Shown one piece after another: positions 22,975 to 36,995 of a stretch of DNA of 64,000 bases; the stretch's first letter is position 1, and each line of letters starts with the position of its first letter. A model generated the notes under the pieces. That model worked only from the letters and a program-made list of their open reading frames with translations, searched no databases and was not told where the DNA came from. The position numbers and the translations under genes are program-made. The stretch is from Cetorhinus maximus (taxonomy: Eukaryota), in contig NC_135901.1 in NCBI RefSeq assembly GCF_964194155.1, positions 25,854,001 to 25,918,000 of the forward strand, written 5' to 3'.

Positions 22975-25768
22975 TACAGAGACATAGCTTCAAGGTGGCA
23001 AAGGCTGGGACCTGAATATTCAAGGGCACATGATGTTTCAGAAGGACAGGAAGCTAGGAAAAGGTGGATGGGTAGATCTGTCAGTTAAGGATGACATTAG
23101 TACAACAGAGACGATGACCTTAGTTCTGGAAATCAAGATGTAGAATCAGATTGGGCAGTGATAAGAAATAGTAAAGGTAGGAAGTCACTTGTGGGAGTAG
23201 CTTATAGGCCCCCTAGTAACCACACTGTAGGACCGGGTATCCAGGAAGAAATAATGGTAGGTATTAATCCAGGTATAATCCAGGTATTTTTATATTTATT
23301 TTTGTTTTGGATTTCCAGCGTCTGCAGTTTTTTGCTTTTAAGAAATAATAGGGGCTTGTGAGAAAGATACACCAACAATCATGGGTGATTTTAACCTACA
23401 TGTAGATTGGATGAATCTGAATGGCAAAGTTAACCTGGAAGATGAGTTCATCGGGTGTTTTCGGAACAATTTCTTAGAGCAGCATGTGCTACAGACAACC
23501 AGAAAGCAGGCTATTCTGGATCTGTTAACGTGTAATGGGAAGGCATTAATTAATGGCCTCATAGTAAAGGTGCCCCAAGGGAGCAGTGATCATAATATGA
23601 TTGAATTTTGTATTCAGTTCGAGGGAGAGAAGAATGGGTCTAAGACTAGTGTTTTGAACTTAAATAAGGACAATTATGAGGGTATGAAGACAGAGGTGGC
23701 CAAAGCAAACTGGGAAATTAGACTAAGTGTTAAGTCAGTAGAGATGCAGTGGCAGATATTTAAGGAGATATTTCATAATACTCAGAAAGATACATTCCAT
23801 TGAAAAAAAAGACTCTAGGGGAAAGACGTACCATACGTGGCTAACTAAGGCAGTTTAAGATAGTATTAAATTGAAAGAAAAAGCATACAATTATGTGAAG
23901 ATTAGTGGCAGGTTAGAAGATTGGACAGAATATAGAAAAAGCAAAGAACGGCTAAAAAATGAGGAAGAATTTAGAGTACAAGAGAAAGCTAGCTGGAAAT
24001 GTGAAAGCAGATTGTAAGAGTTTCTATGGGTATTCAAAAAGGAAAAGAGGTAAAGTGAACATTGGTCCTCTACAGGACGAGTCTGGGAATTAATAATGGA
24101 AAATAAGGAAATGGAAGATGAATTGAACACATATTTTGCATCTTCACTGTAGAGGTGAAAGGAAGGGGGGGACTTAAAACAATTACAATCACCAGGGAAA
24201 GGGCACTGAGAAAATTATTAGAACTGAAAGTTGAAAAATCCCTGGGTCCTCGATGGTCTTCACCCTCGGATCCTAAAAGAAGTAGTTGCTCAGACAGTAG
24301 ATGCATTTGTTTTAATTTTCCAAAATTCCCTAGATTCTGGAATGATCTCAACAGATTGGAAAATTCCTAAGGTAACACCTTCATTCAACAGAGGGGGACA
24401 GAAAGCAGGAAATTACAGTCCAACAAGCTTAACATTTGTCACTGGGGAAATGCTGGAATCTATCATTAAGAAGGTTATAGTGGGACACTTGGAAAATCTC
24501 AATGCAATCAGGTAGAGTCAACAGGGTTTTGTGAAAGGGAAATTGGCTTGAGGAAGTAACAAGCAATGTGGATCAAGGAGAATCTGTGGATGTGATGTAC
24601 GAGATTTCCAGGATTGACAAGGTGCCACATCAAAGGTTACTATACAAAATAAGCTCATGGTGTTCGGGATAACATATTAGCATGGACAGGGGATCGATTA
24701 GCTAACAGGAAACAGACAGTTGGCATAAATGGATCATTTTCGGGTTGACAAAATGTAACGAGTGAAGTTCCACAGGGATCAGTGCTGGGCTTCAACTATC
24801 TACAACCCATATTAATGGTTTGGTTGATGGGGCTGAATGTATGGTTGCTAAATCTGCTGATGATATAAAGATAGGTAGGGGCACAATTTGCCAAAAATCA
24901 TAAGGAGTCTGTAAAGTGATATAGACAGGTTAAGTGAGTGGGCAAAAATTTGGTAGATGGGAGTATAATGTAGGAAAATGTGAATCTGTGCACTTTGGCA
25001 GGAAGAATAGAAAAGCAGCGTATTATATAAACGGAAAGAGACTGCAGAACTCTCAGATGCAGAGGAATCTGGGTGCTCAGTATCTGAATAACAAAACGTT
25101 AGTGTGTAGGCACAGCAAGTGATTAGGAAGGCAAATTGAATGTTTTGGTTTATTGCAAGGGGAATGGAATATAAAAGTTGGGATGTTTTGCTACAGTTGG
25201 ACAGGTTGTTAGTAAGACCACATCTAGAGCACTGTGTACAGTTTTGGTATCCATTTTCAAAAAAGGGGTATAAATGCATTAGAAGCAGTTCAGAGAAGAT
25301 TCACCCGAATGATCCCTGGGATTGGGGGTTATCTTACGAGGAAAGGTTGGACAGGCTCGTCCAGTATACATTGGAGATTAGAAGAATGAGAGGTAATCTT
25401 ATTGAAACATATAAGATCCTGAGGGGCCTTGAAAGGGTAGATGCTGAAAAGATGTTTCCCCTCGTGGGGGAGACTAGAAATAGGGGACACAGCTTAAAAC
25501 TAAGAGGCCTCCTATTTAAGATGAGAATTTTTTTTTCTCTCAAAGGGTCGTGAATCTTTGGAATTTGTTTCCCCAGAGAGTGGTGGAGACTGGGTCTATC
25601 AATATTTTTAAGGCAAAAGTTATATAGACTCTTGACTAACAAGGGGGGTGTAAGATTTCAGGGGGAGGCAGAATGTGAACTGGAGGTTACAGTCAGATCA
25701 GCCATGATCTTATTGAATGGTGGAGCAGGCTCGAAGGGCCGAATGGCCTATTCCTGCTCATAATTCCC
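22975..25768 (+). mobile_element. CR1 LINE ORF2 (endonuclease + RT) to 3' end, degenerate
   Basis: GVAYRPP, MGDFN..DW, ILDL, SDHN (APE); GLHPRILKE, LVRPHLEHCVQFW (RT); CR1 3' hairpin tail. Confidence 0.92.
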
Positions 25769-25775
25769 GCTCACC

Positions 25776-26260
25776 GAACAATCCCCGCCCACTCCCTCTT
25801 CCCTCACCAAGATGGCTGCCCATGTGCCTCGCTCCCTGAACAAGCCCCGCCTTCTTCTCTCAAGATGGCGGCCAGTTGCCTGGATAACCCGGGCCCGTCA
25901 CCGGTGAGGAAGCTCCGCCTCCCTGATCCGCCCTGATTCGCAATATGGCGGCCGGTAAGCCCGATACCCGGCCTTGTTATCGCGGGGCCAATGACCTGTT
26001 ATTCAGGGCCTAGGGCCTACCCCAGAAGTTGATCCAGTTCCTAGTCCAGCCGCGGTTTCCATTCCTACCCTGTGCTCACAATCTCTTCCCGCTTCCTGAA
26101 CCGTCCGCTCCTCCTCACTCTGTCACCATGACTGACACTGAGCATGCTCAGAGAGCACACCCACACTGCATCTGCGCACTGGACTCCTATAGTCATTGAT
26201 AGGGGACTTTCCGAAGCGTGGGGTGTTGTGGGTAATCAAACCACCATTGACAGATTGAAC
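25776..26260 (-). promoter_or_regulatory. CpG-rich promoter/first-exon region of ZNF gene D
   Basis: Repeated YY1-like aagatggcggcc, GC boxes, NRF1-like palindromes (ctgagcatgctcag, tgcgca). Confidence 0.65.
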
Positions 26261-26439
26261 AGCTGACTGAAAATTAATGTCTCGGTATCCCAAGCGAGAT
26301 CGGGGCCAAAGGCATAATACAACATAAGCGCCTATAATATGTAGAAAATTGAAAGCCTGGGCCTTCCATACCTGATATGAAGTCTGAGCAATGCACCCCA
26401 CCTCCCTCACCAATATCAGATTGGAAAAGGGTCAAAAAA

Positions 26440-27345
26440 GGTGATCAACAAGGACCAGTTCTCGTAGCACTGCTATTTGGACCTGAGAACAAGTAATTCA
26501 ATGTCAAAATTTGCAGCTGATACCAAACTAGGGGTGTATACCTAAAACTGAGGAAAAATGTAACATACACATTACAAAACTTCCAGCCTGGGCAGTAAAG
26601 TGGCAAGTGAACATTATCATAGATAAGTTGTGATGATGCACTTTGATGTGAAAAATACAAACATCACCTGCACCTGAGAAAATAAGAAAGTTACTGGTGC
26701 AGAAGAGCAAAGCAATCTCTGGATAAAAGTGAACAATTAATTAAAACCATCACTGAAAGTCAGCACATCAATTAAAAATGCTCACAAAGGAGTGGTATTT
26801 ATTTCTAGAGGTACAGAATTCAGAAATAGTGAAATTATGTTCAATTCGTGTAAGATCCTGTGCACAGCTCTGGTTTCTGTTCTACTGAAAGGACAAAGAA
26901 GCACAGGTGAAAGTGCAAAAAGATTTGCAAGGATAAATCTCATAACTGAGATTTTGCAGTTTTTTGAAAGATTGAACAGGTTTGGGCTTTTATCTTTCGA
27001 AAAGAGAAGATTTTGAGGTGTTAGAGGTCTTTTAAATTATTAACTTGTGGGAGAATAAAATACTAGGGCCATATGTACAAGATGGTAACTAATAAATCCA
27101 ACAGGCAAATAAGGAGAAACGTCTTTACTCAGAGAATGGTTAGAATGTGAAATTCGCTACCACAGGAGGTGGTTGAGGTGAAATAGCTTAGATGTTTTCA
27201 AAAGGAAAGGAGATGGTTACATGAGAGAAGAGAATAGAAAGATAAACTGAAAGACTGAAATGAGGAAGATGGAATGGAAGGAGATTCATGTTGAAGATAA
27301 CCACCCAGGCTAGTTGAAACAAATAGTTTGTTCCTGGACCCGATA
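26440..27345 (+). mobile_element. Old CR1 RT fragment
   Basis: SKFAADTKLGV...LLSFEKRR...FTQRMVRM*NSLP. Confidence 0.7.
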
Positions 27346-27689
27346 TTCCCTGTCCTCACTGCCCAGCTTCTGATCAGCATGTTGCACATCCACCACTTGG
27401 ACTGCACATGCTCAGAGTACAATCCGGTGCTGAGGAATCACATTGGGCTCCTGTAGTCATTGATGAGGCACATTCTCTCACATGGAAAATTATGGGTTGT
27501 AACAGTGTCATTGAAAACCCAATTGGTGAACAGTAATTTTCGCCAACACATTGAGATGGGACCAACTGGCTTGTAATCCAATGAGACAGAATTGGATCAA
27601 TTCTCTGGTCTGTACAGTGTGGCCCTGGAGGTGGATTAATAGTCAGGCCCATGAAACCTCCCCCCACCATAAACTTTGTTACCCTCATT

Positions 27690-28260
27690 ACCAGCTCCAT
27701 CCCCCTCCCTGACCACAGTCTGAGGCTACCAGGCCAATTGCAACCTTAGTTTCCTATTTGACCCTGAGGTGAGGGCTGAGCTACGGACGACAAATCCTCT
27801 CCAACACTAAGATCACCTCCGTCCACCCCTGTAATATCAGTTGTTTCCATCCTGCCTCAGCACATTTGCTGCTGAAATCCTCATCCATGACTTTGTTACA
27901 TCCAGAATCGACAATTCCAATCTTCTCCTGATTGGTCCCCCATCTTCCACCCTGCATAAACTTACCCTCCTTCAAAACTCTTCTGTGTGGTCAGCAGTTT
28001 AGTAGGAATAGGATCAATCGAGCAGAAGGTGGATCCCATGGACAAGAGGAGCTCTTGAGGGGATAAGGGGAGACAGGAGAGAAACTAAAGAAAGATGTGA
28101 GTTTAGGGCTACAGCTGGGCCGATCTTGAGGCGCAGTTTTTCCTGGTGGGCTAGTGAGAGGGAGGGAAGAGGAAGTGGCAGCTGATCAGATTGTCTCAAT
28201 CTTAGAGACAAAGAAGCACCATGAGCTCCTCACACTTGTGAGGAGGAAGAGACAGGGGAG
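27690..28260. mobile_element. L2 fragments in both orientations, downstream of ZNF E
   Basis: Homologous to L2 pieces 3' of F (39846-40560) and G (44020-45030). Confidence 0.65.
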
Positions 28261-28483
28261 AGGGAGAGACCTTAACAAGGCACTAATTTGTGAGAGAGCT
28301 CAAAATGACTCATCATACTGTCTGTTAAAGCTGATTTATTTGACTTTTATCCAGAGTATTAACACATATAATAGGGATAGAGTTTATTAACATCAGCAGA
28401 AACAGATCCCAAAGCTATTTTTGTTTTGAGACAAGTGATGGATAAATACTGGGAAGGTTAATACAACATGGAGATTGTTTCAA

Positions 28484-28606
28484 ATAAAAGCAAAATACTA
28501 TGAATGCTGGGAAGCTGAAATAAAACCAGAAAATGCTGAAAAATGCTCAGCAGGTCTAGCAGCATCAGTGGAAATAGAAAAACCAAGTTAACGTTTCGAG
28601 TCCATA
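28484..28606 (-). mobile_element. Penelope-type terminal repeat fragment
   Basis: Reverse complement ggactcgaaacgttaac...gatgctgctagacctgctgagc...; lacks the CTGANGA half. Confidence 0.7.
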
Positions 28607-28649
28607 CAGATTTCCTTCCCTGAAGGACATTAGTGAACCAAAGACCCAA

Positions 28650-29160
28650 TCTATGGACTGTCGGTTTGAGCCTAAGGAAGACAATCAGAGTGAAGGTGTA
28701 AAGATGATGGGTGAAGACTTGGACAACATGAGTAGCTTCAAATACCTGGGGCAACTTGGACAATATCAAGAAGAGAGGACAATGACTGGATACTAATGAG
28801 ATACAGATGCTGAGATAGATGTGTGGAGTGACAAGAAAGGACAGGATTAGAAACCAGTACATCAGGGGGTCAGTGAAGATTGTGGAAACATCAAAGAAAG
28901 TAGCTGAGAAAAGATTGAAATTGTCTGGTCGTTTGTTGTGGAGAGAGAGAGGAAATGTGGTGAGGTGAGTGATGGACATGGGACTGTCAGGAAGAAGGAG
29001 AAGATGAAGATCTAAGACCAGATGGAAAGATGTGGTGGCCAGAGACAGAAATGCAGTGGGATTGGAAGAGGAATGTGTGAGTGACAGGAGGAGATAGAGA
29101 AGGTGATCAAGCAGCATTGTGGTGACCACAAGTAAAATGGGAGGAAGAGGAAAAAGGAAA
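28650..29160 (+). mobile_element. RTE/Expander-like LINE 3' fragment
   Basis: EIQMLR*MCGVTRKDRIRNQYIRG...GRRRR*RSKTRWKD. Confidence 0.8.
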
Positions 29161-29225
29161 AAACATATCCCAGTGAACATGGTTCATTCTTGGATGTGGT
29201 TAACAGCAAAATCAAATCATGGTAG

Positions 29226-30367
<1,142 letters not shown>

Positions 30368-30679
30368 TTAATATAAATTGGGCAACTCCGTCAGATCCTG
30401 ATGTGATGTTTGGTTTCAGTTTCCCAACTGCAAATCCTCCCCTTCTAATACCCTGTGAAATTTAAAACAGAAAAAAAAGTGACAGAGAACCCACAAAAAC
30501 ACAAAGACAGACTGTGAAATTGTGCTGAATGAATTTATGGGACTTGCAATCGGAAAAAAGACTATGAAAGCTGAAGGGCTGTCATAAAAACCCAACTGGT
30601 TCATTAATGTCCTTCAGGGAAGGGAAAACTGTCACCCAGTCTGGACCTAAAGAGGACTTTGGACACTACAGGAGGAAAA

Positions 30680-30860
30680 AGAGAGAGAGAGAGAGCACGA
30701 GAGAGAGAGTGCGAGCGAGAGAGAGAGCGCGAGCGAGTGTGAGAGCACGAGTGCGAGAGGGAGAAAGGGATATAGAAAGAGAGGTAGAGAGAGGGAGAAA
30801 GAGAGAGAGAGAGAGAGAGAGAGGCAGCGGATGAAAGAGAGAGGCAGCGCATGAAAGAGA
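30680..30860. repeat. (GA)n-rich microsatellite
   Basis: Visible GA dinucleotide tract. Confidence 0.9.
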
Positions 30861-30999
30861 GTCCTTTTATAAATCTACAGTTTGGCCAAAAGGTGACAGA
30901 ACCTCCCAAACCGTCAAGCTCAGCCACCTGGAAGGACCAGGGTAGAAGGTGTATGTGAACACCATCGCCTGCAAGTTCCCCTTCAACTCAGACACCATC

Positions 31000-31810
31000 C
31001 TGACTTGTCTAACATCTAGTCCTGGGTGAACAGAAATTTCCTTCAATTAAATACTGGGAACATGATTGCCATTGTCTTCAGTCCCTGCTGCAAACTCCAC
31101 TCCATAACCACTGACTCCATCCCTCTCCTCAGAAACTGTCTGAAGCTGAACCAGACTGTTCACAAGATCGCTGTCATCTTTTACCCCAAACTGAGCTTCT
31201 GACCACCGATCCGCATCATCACCAAGACCGCCTATTTCCACCTCAGTAACATTGCTCAGCTCTTTCCTAGTCTCAGCTCATCTGCTTCTGAAACTCTCCT
31301 CCATTCCTTTGTTACCTCTAGACTTATCCATCCGTATCTCTGTAATCTCCTCCAGTCACATAACCCTTTGAGATAACTGCGCTCATCTAATTGCAGCATC
31401 ATGAGCATTCCACATTTTAATCACACCAGCAATGGTGGCCATTGTTTCAATTACCTAGGCCCAAGCTCTGGAATTTCCTCCTTTAATCTCTCCACTTCTT
31501 TACCTCATTGACTAAGCTTCTGGTCGCCTGCTCTAATATCACCTTATGTGACTCGGTGTCTAATGTTGCTTTGTAACATTTCAGTGAATGGCTTGGAAAG
31601 TTTTATTATGTTAAAGACACAATATAAATGCAAATCATTGTCACTGATTTGGACATATATCACTGTTCCTTCATCATCGCTGGGTGAATAACCTGCAACT
31701 CCTTATCTAACATCATTGTGGGAGCACCTTCACCACACGGACTGCAGCGGTTCAAGAAGGTCAAACATCATCTTCTCCACAGGTAACTGGGGGTTGACAA
31801 TATCTGCTGC
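31000..31810 (+). mobile_element. L2 3' fragment plus LINE tail; inverted paralog of 3565-4875
   Basis: KTAYFHLSNIA..., same junctions as the gene A intron. Confidence 0.8.
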
Positions 31811-31989
31811 TGGTCTTGTTAGTGTCACCCGAATTCCACAAACTTTTAAAATATGTATATGTAAAATAGATTGAAGCATCTAAAGAAACTGAATATTCAC
31901 TGCTTTATAGAACAATACAGCACAGATGGAAACCATTCAGCCCATCATGCCTATGCTGGCTTTTTGCAAGATTTATTTAATTGATTTCA

Positions 31990-32820
31990 CAGCCCTGCTG
32001 GTGGAGTCAGAACAGTCTGCTGTCATAATGCAAGAGGTGAATGGAGAAGATTTTCCAGTTGGACAGCTCTCAGACATACTCACCCTTGTGCAAAGATCGA
32101 TTGCCCAGTGTACTAAGCAGATATGAAGAGTTACACAGAGTTACCTGGTAGAGTTTAATTCAATAATTCTACATACCCCACAGACCACAGTGACATTTTT
32201 AATACAGGGTCAATTAAGGGAGTATCGCTGATGTAATAGAGTAGATGAATTAATATCCTGCAACCTCACAATTAAGAATTGGCTGGGATGTTGCAGTATG
32301 AAAGAACCTCACATACATGTCAGGTGAAAGAGGCCACGTACAATGAACCAGTAAAAGCCACATCATTGTGAGACTCCACTGTTCATCTGGATGGATCTTT
32401 GTTTTATAAACAAGGTCTGTGCCAGACTGGTTCTGTGTCTTTGATACCTCATGACAGCTGTAATATCCTTATTAAATAACCACCACAATATTCAGCCTAG
32501 AAAGCATCACAGCCTTTCAAACTGTTACTGAAAGAAGCACCAACTATTCTGAAAGCTCCTCTAGTTGTAATTCCCTTATGCAGAATCTTTCATCCTGGCA
32601 AAAAACATATGGCTTCTCGACAACAGAAAGGAAACCACTCAGTCACCACTACAAACTCTGAATGATTCGGGGTGTTGCTGGTAAGTGTCCAGGGCAAATT
32701 GCTGTTTGTCAGCAGCAGGAGTTAGTGAAGAGAGTGATGGTAATAACCAGGCAGACTGGCTCACCAGGAAAGCTGCCCCAGAGGGGATCCCATGGGACCC
32801 CCCAAATCACAATCATTGGC
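31990..32820 (+). pseudogene. Degenerate retroviral pol relic (RT connection/tether + RNase H)
   Basis: SAVIMQEVNGEDFPVGQLS..L..VQ..I..C; IILHTP; SR*INILQ; VHLDGS..YK.G...TG; YSES...CNSL...L..W...GFST..RKPL; GNNQADWLTRKAA. Confidence 0.7.
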
Positions 32821-32849
32821 ACCTGTACCACAGCCCACAGACTCCATGG

Positions 32850-35800
32850 GGTTGGGAACCTGAGTGGGAGACACAGAAGAGGGAAACAAAGATAGACATG
32901 AAAGACAGGAAAGTAAAAAGCAAAAGTGGAAGGCAGAGGAAACGGGGGCTAGCAGCAAATAGGGCAATAGTACAAAAGAAGATGTGAATAAAGACAAGTC
33001 TAAAGGCACTGTCTCTGAATGCATGGAGCATTCGCAATAAGGTAGATGAATTAATAGTGCAAATAGATGTAAACAGCTATGACATGATTGCGATTACAAA
33101 GGCACGGCTGCAGGGTGACCAAGGCTGGAAACCGAATATCCAAGGGTATTCGATATTTAGGAAGGGCAGGCACAAAGGAAAAGAAAGTGGAGTGGTATTG
33201 TTTGTTAAGGATGAAATCAGTGCAATAGTGAGAGAGGATATCGGCTGAGAAAATCTAGATGTAGAATCAGTCTGGGTGGAGCTAAGAAGCAACAAGGGGT
33301 GGAAAACATGAGTGGGAGTTGTATATAGGCCTCCAGACAGTGGTGGTAAGGCAGGGGACAGTATTAAAAAGGAAATTAGAGATGCATATAACAAGGGTGC
33401 TACAGTAATCTTGGGTGACTTTAATCTAATATAGACTGGGCAAATCAAATTAGCAATAACATTGTGGCGGATGAATTCCTGGAGTCTGTACGAGATGGTT
33501 TTTCGACCAGTGTGTCGAGGAACCAACTAGGGAACAGGCTATCCTAGATTTGGTTTTGTGCAATGAGAAGAGGTTAATTAATAATCTTGTGGTGCGGGGT
33601 TCTTTAGGGAACAATGACCATAACATGAGAGAATTCTTCCTTAGGTTGGAAAATGAAGTAGTCCAATTTGAAACTCAGGTCCTAAATCTAAACAAAGGAA
33701 ACTACAAAGATATAAGGCGTGAGTTGGCTAAGATAAATTGGAGAAATTCATTAAAAGACATGACGGTGGATAGGCAATGGCTAATATATAAGGAACGAAT
33801 GTATGCATTGCAACAGTTATATATTCCTTTCTGGTGCAAAAACACAACAGGAAAAGTGGCCCAACCATGGCTAACAAAACAAATGAAGTGTAGTATTGGA
33901 TCCAGAGGTGTCATGTAAAGTTGCTTGAAAAAATAGCAAGACTGAGGCTTAAAATTCAGCAAAGGAGGACCAAGAGATTGATTAAGAGGGGAAAATAGAG
34001 TACGAGTGTGAACTTGCAAGGAACATAAAAGCTTCTACAAGCATGTAAGAAGAAAAAGATTAGTGAAGACAAATGTAGGTCGCTTACAGGCCGAAATCTT
34101 TTGATTGGTAAGGGGATCAAAGGTTATGGGGAGAAGGCGGGAGAATGGGGTTGAGAAACTTATCAGCCATGATTGAATGGCGGAGCAGACTCGATGGGCC
34201 GAATGGCTTAATTTCTGCTCCTATGTCTTATGGTTATGGAAATAGGAGAATTTATAATAGAGAACAAGGATATGGCAGTGCAATTAAACAACCATACTAG
34301 TTCTGTCTTCATGGAGGAAGACACAAATAGCTTCCAAGAAATACTAGGGAACCAAAGATCTAATGAGAAGGAGGAATTGAAGGAAATTAGCATTACTTAA
34401 AAAAAACAGTGCTGGAGAAATTAATGGGACTGAAAGCTGATAAGTCCCCAGAGCCTGATAATCTATATCCCAGGGTACTAAATAGGTGGCCATGGAAAAA
34501 GTAGATGTGTTGGTTGTCATCTTCCAAAATTCTGTAGATTCTGGAATAGTCCCAGCAGATTGGAAGGTAGCAAAAGTAACCCCACGATTTTAAAAAAAGG
34601 AAGGAGGAAAGAAACGGGGAAATACAGACCAGTCAGCCTAACATCTGTGGTAGGGAAGTTGCTAGAATCTATTATAAAGGATGTGATAACAAGATATTTA
34701 GAAAATATCAACAGGATTAGACAAAGTCAACATGGATTTATGAAAGGGTAATCATGTTTGACAAACCTCCTGGAGTTTTTTGAGGACATGACTAATAGAA
34801 AAGATAAGGGAGAACCAGTGGATGGGTGTATTTGGATTTTCAGAATGGTTAAAGTCCCACATAAGAGGTTAGTGTGCAAAATTAAAGCACATGGGATTGG
34901 GGGTAATATATTGGTATGAATTGAGAACTGGTTAGCGGACAGGAAACAGCAGGAATAAATGGGTCTTTTTTGGAATAGCAGGCGGTGACTAGTGGGGTAC
35001 CGCAGGGATCAGTGCTTGGGCCCCAGCTATTCACAGTATATATCAATGATTTGGAGGAGGGAAACAAATGTAATATTTCCAAGTTTGCTGGCCACACAAA
35101 ACTAGGTGGAAATGTGAGTGGTGAGGGGGGTGTCAAGAGTCTTCAAGGTGATTTAGACAAGTCGAGTGAGTGGGAAAATACATAGCAGATGCAGTATAAC
35201 ATGGATAAGTGTGAAGTTATTCACTTCGGTAGGAAAAACAGAATGGCAGAATATTATTTAAATGGTGATACATTGGGAAATGTTGATGTACAAAGGGACC
35301 TGGGTGTCCTTGTACACCAGTCACTGAAAGCAAGCATGCAGGTGCAGCAAGCTGTTAAGGCAAATGGTATGCTGGCCTTCATTGCGAGAGGACTTGAGTA
35401 TAGGAACAAGGATGTCTTACTGCAGCTATACAGGGCCTTGGTAAGATCACACCTGGAGTATTGTGTGAAGTTTTGTCTCCTTACCGAACAAAGGATATAC
35501 TTGCCATAGAGGGGGTGCAGCGAAGGTTGACCAGACTGATTCCTGGGATGGCAGGATTGTCGTATGAGGACAGGTTGGGCCGACAAAGCCTGTATTTATT
35601 GGAGTGTAGAAGAATGAGAGGGGGTCTCATTGAAACGTATAAAATTCTGACAGGGCTGGACAGACTGGATGCCGGGATGACGTTTCCTCTGCCTGGGGGC
35701 GGGGTCTAGATCAAGAGGTCACAATCTCGGGATACGGGGTAGGCCATTTAGGATTGAGATGAGGAGAAACTTTTTCGCACAAAAGGTGGTCAGCCTGTGG

Positions 35801-36010
35801 AACTCTCTATCACAGGGGGCTGTGGTGGCAAAATCGCTGAATATATTTAAGAAGGAAACGGACAGATTTCTAGACTCTAAAGGCGTCGAGGGGTATGGGG
35901 TGAGAGCGGGAGTATGGCATTGAGATAGAGGATCAGCCATGATCATACTGAATGGCAGAGCAGACTCGAAGAGCTTAATTGCCTATTCCTGCTTCCATTT
36001 CCTATGTTTC
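32850..36010 (+). mobile_element. CR1 LINE, nearly complete ORF2 to 3' end, degenerate
   Basis: APE (YDMIAIT, YRPP, GDFN, DHN) and RT ([28 protein letters not shown]) motifs; 3' tail. Confidence 0.93.
34098..34238 (+). mobile_element. Young CR1 3' end nested in the older CR1
   Basis: Near-identical to the reverse complement of 461-616; short gaaat duplication at the flanks. Confidence 0.8.
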
Positions 36011-36039
36011 AATGAAGCCGCTCACGACAGTGACCTCTC

Positions 36040-36490
36040 ACCTGACAGCTCACAATGCCCGGCTGATTGACGGCAGAACCGGACCAATAGGCAAGGAGAG
36101 GGCGGGGCTGTCGGCGCGTCGAAGCGGCTGGTCCTCCAACCAATCGGAGTGAATAAGGGGCGGGGCAGGGCTGGGCTGAGTGAAGCATGCGCAGTGTGAT
36201 TAATGGCGATGGGGAAAAGCTTCTTTCTAGGATTCGCATTCGGTAAAGGCGGAGAGGGTAGGATGGCGGGGTGAAGCGATGGCGCAATCCGGCCGGCGGT
36301 TGAATAGGCTTCGTAAATGTTATGTAAACCGTAAAGCTCGAAAAACAACCAATCAATACCCGGGACCGTGACGCTCTTTTGCACAGAGCAGGGCCGCCGC
36401 TTTCACCCAGTTCCAGACCCGGATTAACGGCCGCCATTTTTATTGGGGGCAATTTGCAGCAGGGCGCATGCGCGGCCTCCATCTTTGTAG
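36040..36490. promoter_or_regulatory. CpG-rich promoter between head-to-head genes E and F
   Basis: Promoter cassette in inverted orientation (36045-36175), then gcatgcgcag, candidate donor tcg|gtaaag, YY1-like ggccgccatttt, gcgcatgcgc. Confidence 0.7.
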
Positions 36491-36995
36491 GGGGCAATGT
36501 TATTGAAATTTTTCCAATGACAAAGTGTGAACAATTGTCCATCAAGCTGCTTCACACTTTGAGTCACAATGTCTTATTGATGAGGCAGAACAACGATATA
36601 TGTCCAAGTCAGTGACAATCATTTGTATTTATATTGTGCCCTAAACAGTATAAAACTTTCCAATGCATTTCACATAAATGTTACAAGGTAACATTTGCCA
36701 CAGCCACATAAGGAGATATTAGGGCAGGTGACCAAAAGCTTTGTCAAAGAGGTAGGTTTTAAGGAATATTTTAAAGGAGGAAAATGACGTGGAGAGGCAG
36801 AGAGGTTGAAGAAGGAAATTCCAGAGCTTGTGGCCTAGGCAACGGAAGGAACAATCACTGATGGCGATTAAAATCGGGAATTCTCAAGAGGCTGGAATTA
36901 GATGAGTGCAGAGATCTTGGAGATTGTGTGGCTGGTTGTGGAGATTGTGGAGACAGGAATGATCACAACCATGGAGGAAAACAAGGATGAGAACT

